A stretch of 64,000 bases of DNA from Dudresnaya verticillata. Lineage: Eukaryota. The position numbers and the translations under genes were made by a program. The stretch covers positions 434,001-498,000 of the forward strand of contig OZ374559.1 of NCBI GenBank assembly GCA_977862235.1. The letters run 5' to 3'. The notes under the pieces were generated by a model. It did not search any database and was not told the origin of the DNA. It saw only the letters and a list, made by a program, of their open reading frames with translations. Below, piece after piece: positions 61,682 to 64,000 of this stretch (position 1 is the first letter of the stretch; every line of letters begins with the position of its first letter).

Positions 61682-63451
61682 GACAAGGAATAGGATGAGT
61701 TGAGAAGGGTGACCTGTTCGTTGATGTGATTTGTGTGAGGACTGGCTGGCACTTGATGATGTTGTTGAAGGGAGAGATGGAGATCTTATATTTATACACG
61801 TTGTGTTCTAGTTGGCATATAGGAGAGATATTGTGTGGAGTTAGCCCCTATTGCAACCCTTGCCTACAAGAGAAGTGAATGGATATTGTTTGCAAAAACG
61901 TAGAGTGTATCTCACAGGTTCAGTTGCGACAAACAATGCACATGGCACTGATGGAGGAATGGCGTTTCTTCTGCTGTGTTTATGGAAATCTTCCATACTA
62001 TTGGAAGTGCTTAGGAGTAACATGCAGCATCGGCGTGTTGATCTAGGAGTATTCGCTGCTATTGTTTGCCAAAGAGATGGAGACCTTTATGCATAAGAGA
62101 AAGCATATAAATATATTGGCCATAAGTTTAACCGTTTAATGCACAAACAAGGGTATCACGAAACGTGCTAAGAGAGAGCTTTACTATTACTGGAATGTTG
62201 CCATAGTTGCAGGCTGCAATGGAAGCGGGGATTTTATTTCTATTGCCACAAGGAAGGTTGTTCGTTCTGTAAAGACAATCATCAACGGGAATTATTTGGA
62301 AAGTGCTAGGTGAAGAGGTATTTCGCTGTCTGGTTCTTCTACTTTCCCATGGCAAGGGGATCTGCATTCTATGCAGGCAAGCAAACAGTGCAGTGAATAA
62401 TCTACCTCGATAATCACGTTGCGGTCAACCCAGTTTTGCATTGCATGCCAAACTCTGGGTTTTGGTGCGGAAAGAGGGGAACATGCCCCTCATGGTATTG
62501 AAGGGAACAACATTGGAGGAGGATATGCCTGCGCTCGTGTCCATTGATGTGACCTAGTGCTAGCGCACAGTGAGTCCCAGGTTTCGCCTCGATTTAAAAC
62601 CAGGAGATAGGCATCTTGCGCCCTCGAGTCTAATAATATCTTGTTTCAAACCTCACCTGACAAGGAGGCACTAACACATTGAGGTCTCGCGACGGAAGAA
62701 GGCGAGATTGAAAACAGAACATTGTACCGCCGTGGTCTGCACATTTTGTTACTGCAGTACGCGACGAAGTCGTGATAAAAGCACTTGGCCAAAGGACAAC
62801 AATTATATGTAGTTATCTCGAACTGGCACCATCTGAGGGGCGCGAATTCCTGCTCCGTCGTCCTCGATGGACTGAGTTATACTGGTACCGAGGGCGTGCT
62901 TTTATTCCATGTTGACCGAAGCACAGAATGACGTAACAGGTCATTGCGTTTGCGCACATCTCCAGATCTAAATCGGTCGTGGCGATACACTGAACTCCTG
63001 ACCAGCCGTGCAGCATGCGATGCATAGTCGCCAGAGATGGCCTCTACAACCTTGAGACCCTCATCACGTGGGTTTGTCATTGCATTTTACTCTACGCGCA
63101 GTGCATGTTGTTACTAATCGCCAGAGAAACGATCTAGATACAGAACCATTCTAAGAGGATCGGCTGATCCGAGTTTGAAAGCGGTGAGAATCTGGGAGCC
63201 GCGGATCGACATTTCGCAGGTGCAAGGGGGGAAGCGAGGCGATGACAATGGTATTGTTCGGGTGCAATTGCTTTGTCACCGCCGCTTTCGTCGTCATTCG
63301 TTGCATGCGGGTCGGAGGGGGCACATGTTGTGCTGTTTTGCACTGATTGCGCGTTGAACGAAACTGCGGGTACGTCTAATAGTGTCACACAACACTACTA
63401 AAAGGAATTGTGAGACGATATTTCTGAAGTAACCGCTTTTCGTAAGACCCA

Positions 63452-63546
63452 TCTCTCTCTCTCTCTCTCTCTGTGTCTCTCTCTCTGTCTCTCTCTCTCT
63501 CTCTAGGAACTTCGTAAAATCCACACAAACTCTCTCTCTCTCTCTC
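63452..63546. repeat. (CT)n microsatellite, interrupted
   Basis: Directly visible. Confidence 0.95.
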
Positions 63547-64000
63547 GCACTTTGTCTAATTCTGCCCTCCTCTTGCAGGATCTAAATAAACTCAACAAAC
63601 TTTCGCACTTTTCGTGCACATGCATCCCATCGCTGCGAATTAGCTTCTGCCCAGAAGGCATACGGTGTGGAGCTGCAAAACGTTTTGGCTTCGTGAGTGC
63701 GCTTCTCTTTCTGAGGGGAGCCATTTAACAATTATTTGTTATTCAAAGATCGAAAACGAGTACCTCGTGAGACAGCTAACGGATACACCACATACCAAAA
63801 GAACTAGGAATGCGTTCAAGGCCCAGTTGTACAGCAGCGCACTAGTTGTTTGCCTTGTGCGGAAAACCAGTTCATATCTCCCGCAGACTTACGAAAAGTT
63901 CATGCAAAGCGGTGGAACTGGCGCTTTGAATATGTTTTTAGCACAAGGAACAACTAAACTAATTTCGCCGTAACCGTTTGTAGACAACCAAGTTTTGCCT

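Overview
Eukaryotic, intron-poor, transposon-rich DNA; the gene style and Copia architecture suggest a red alga (inference, not proven). Left part (1-19 kb): a two-exon gene for a probable mitochondrion-targeted membrane protein, two paralogous orphan ORFs, three relics of one LINE family, a DUF1349/REE1-like gene, and a 1007-aa single-exon fusion of a heme-oxygenase-like diiron domain, a class I SAM methyltransferase and a TauD-type Fe(II)/2-oxoglutarate dioxygenase. Middle (19-30 kb): a decayed full-length Ty1/Copia element (LTRs, CTGAA target-site duplication) with a nested LTR-like insert and an antisense ORF with a papain-like Cys/His/Asp pattern, then a Harbinger-like remnant and a solo-LTR-like element. 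Right part (35-62 kb): three tandem ~7.58-kb units, each a mirror-image quartet of secreted-protein genes (A<- ->B B'<- ->A'), followed by a precursor for a cationic, aromatic, cystine-ladder peptide and its pseudogenised inverted paralog. The best candidates for undescribed biology are the tri-domain enzyme and the secreted-peptide locus. All domain calls are by motif recognition; no database searches were run.
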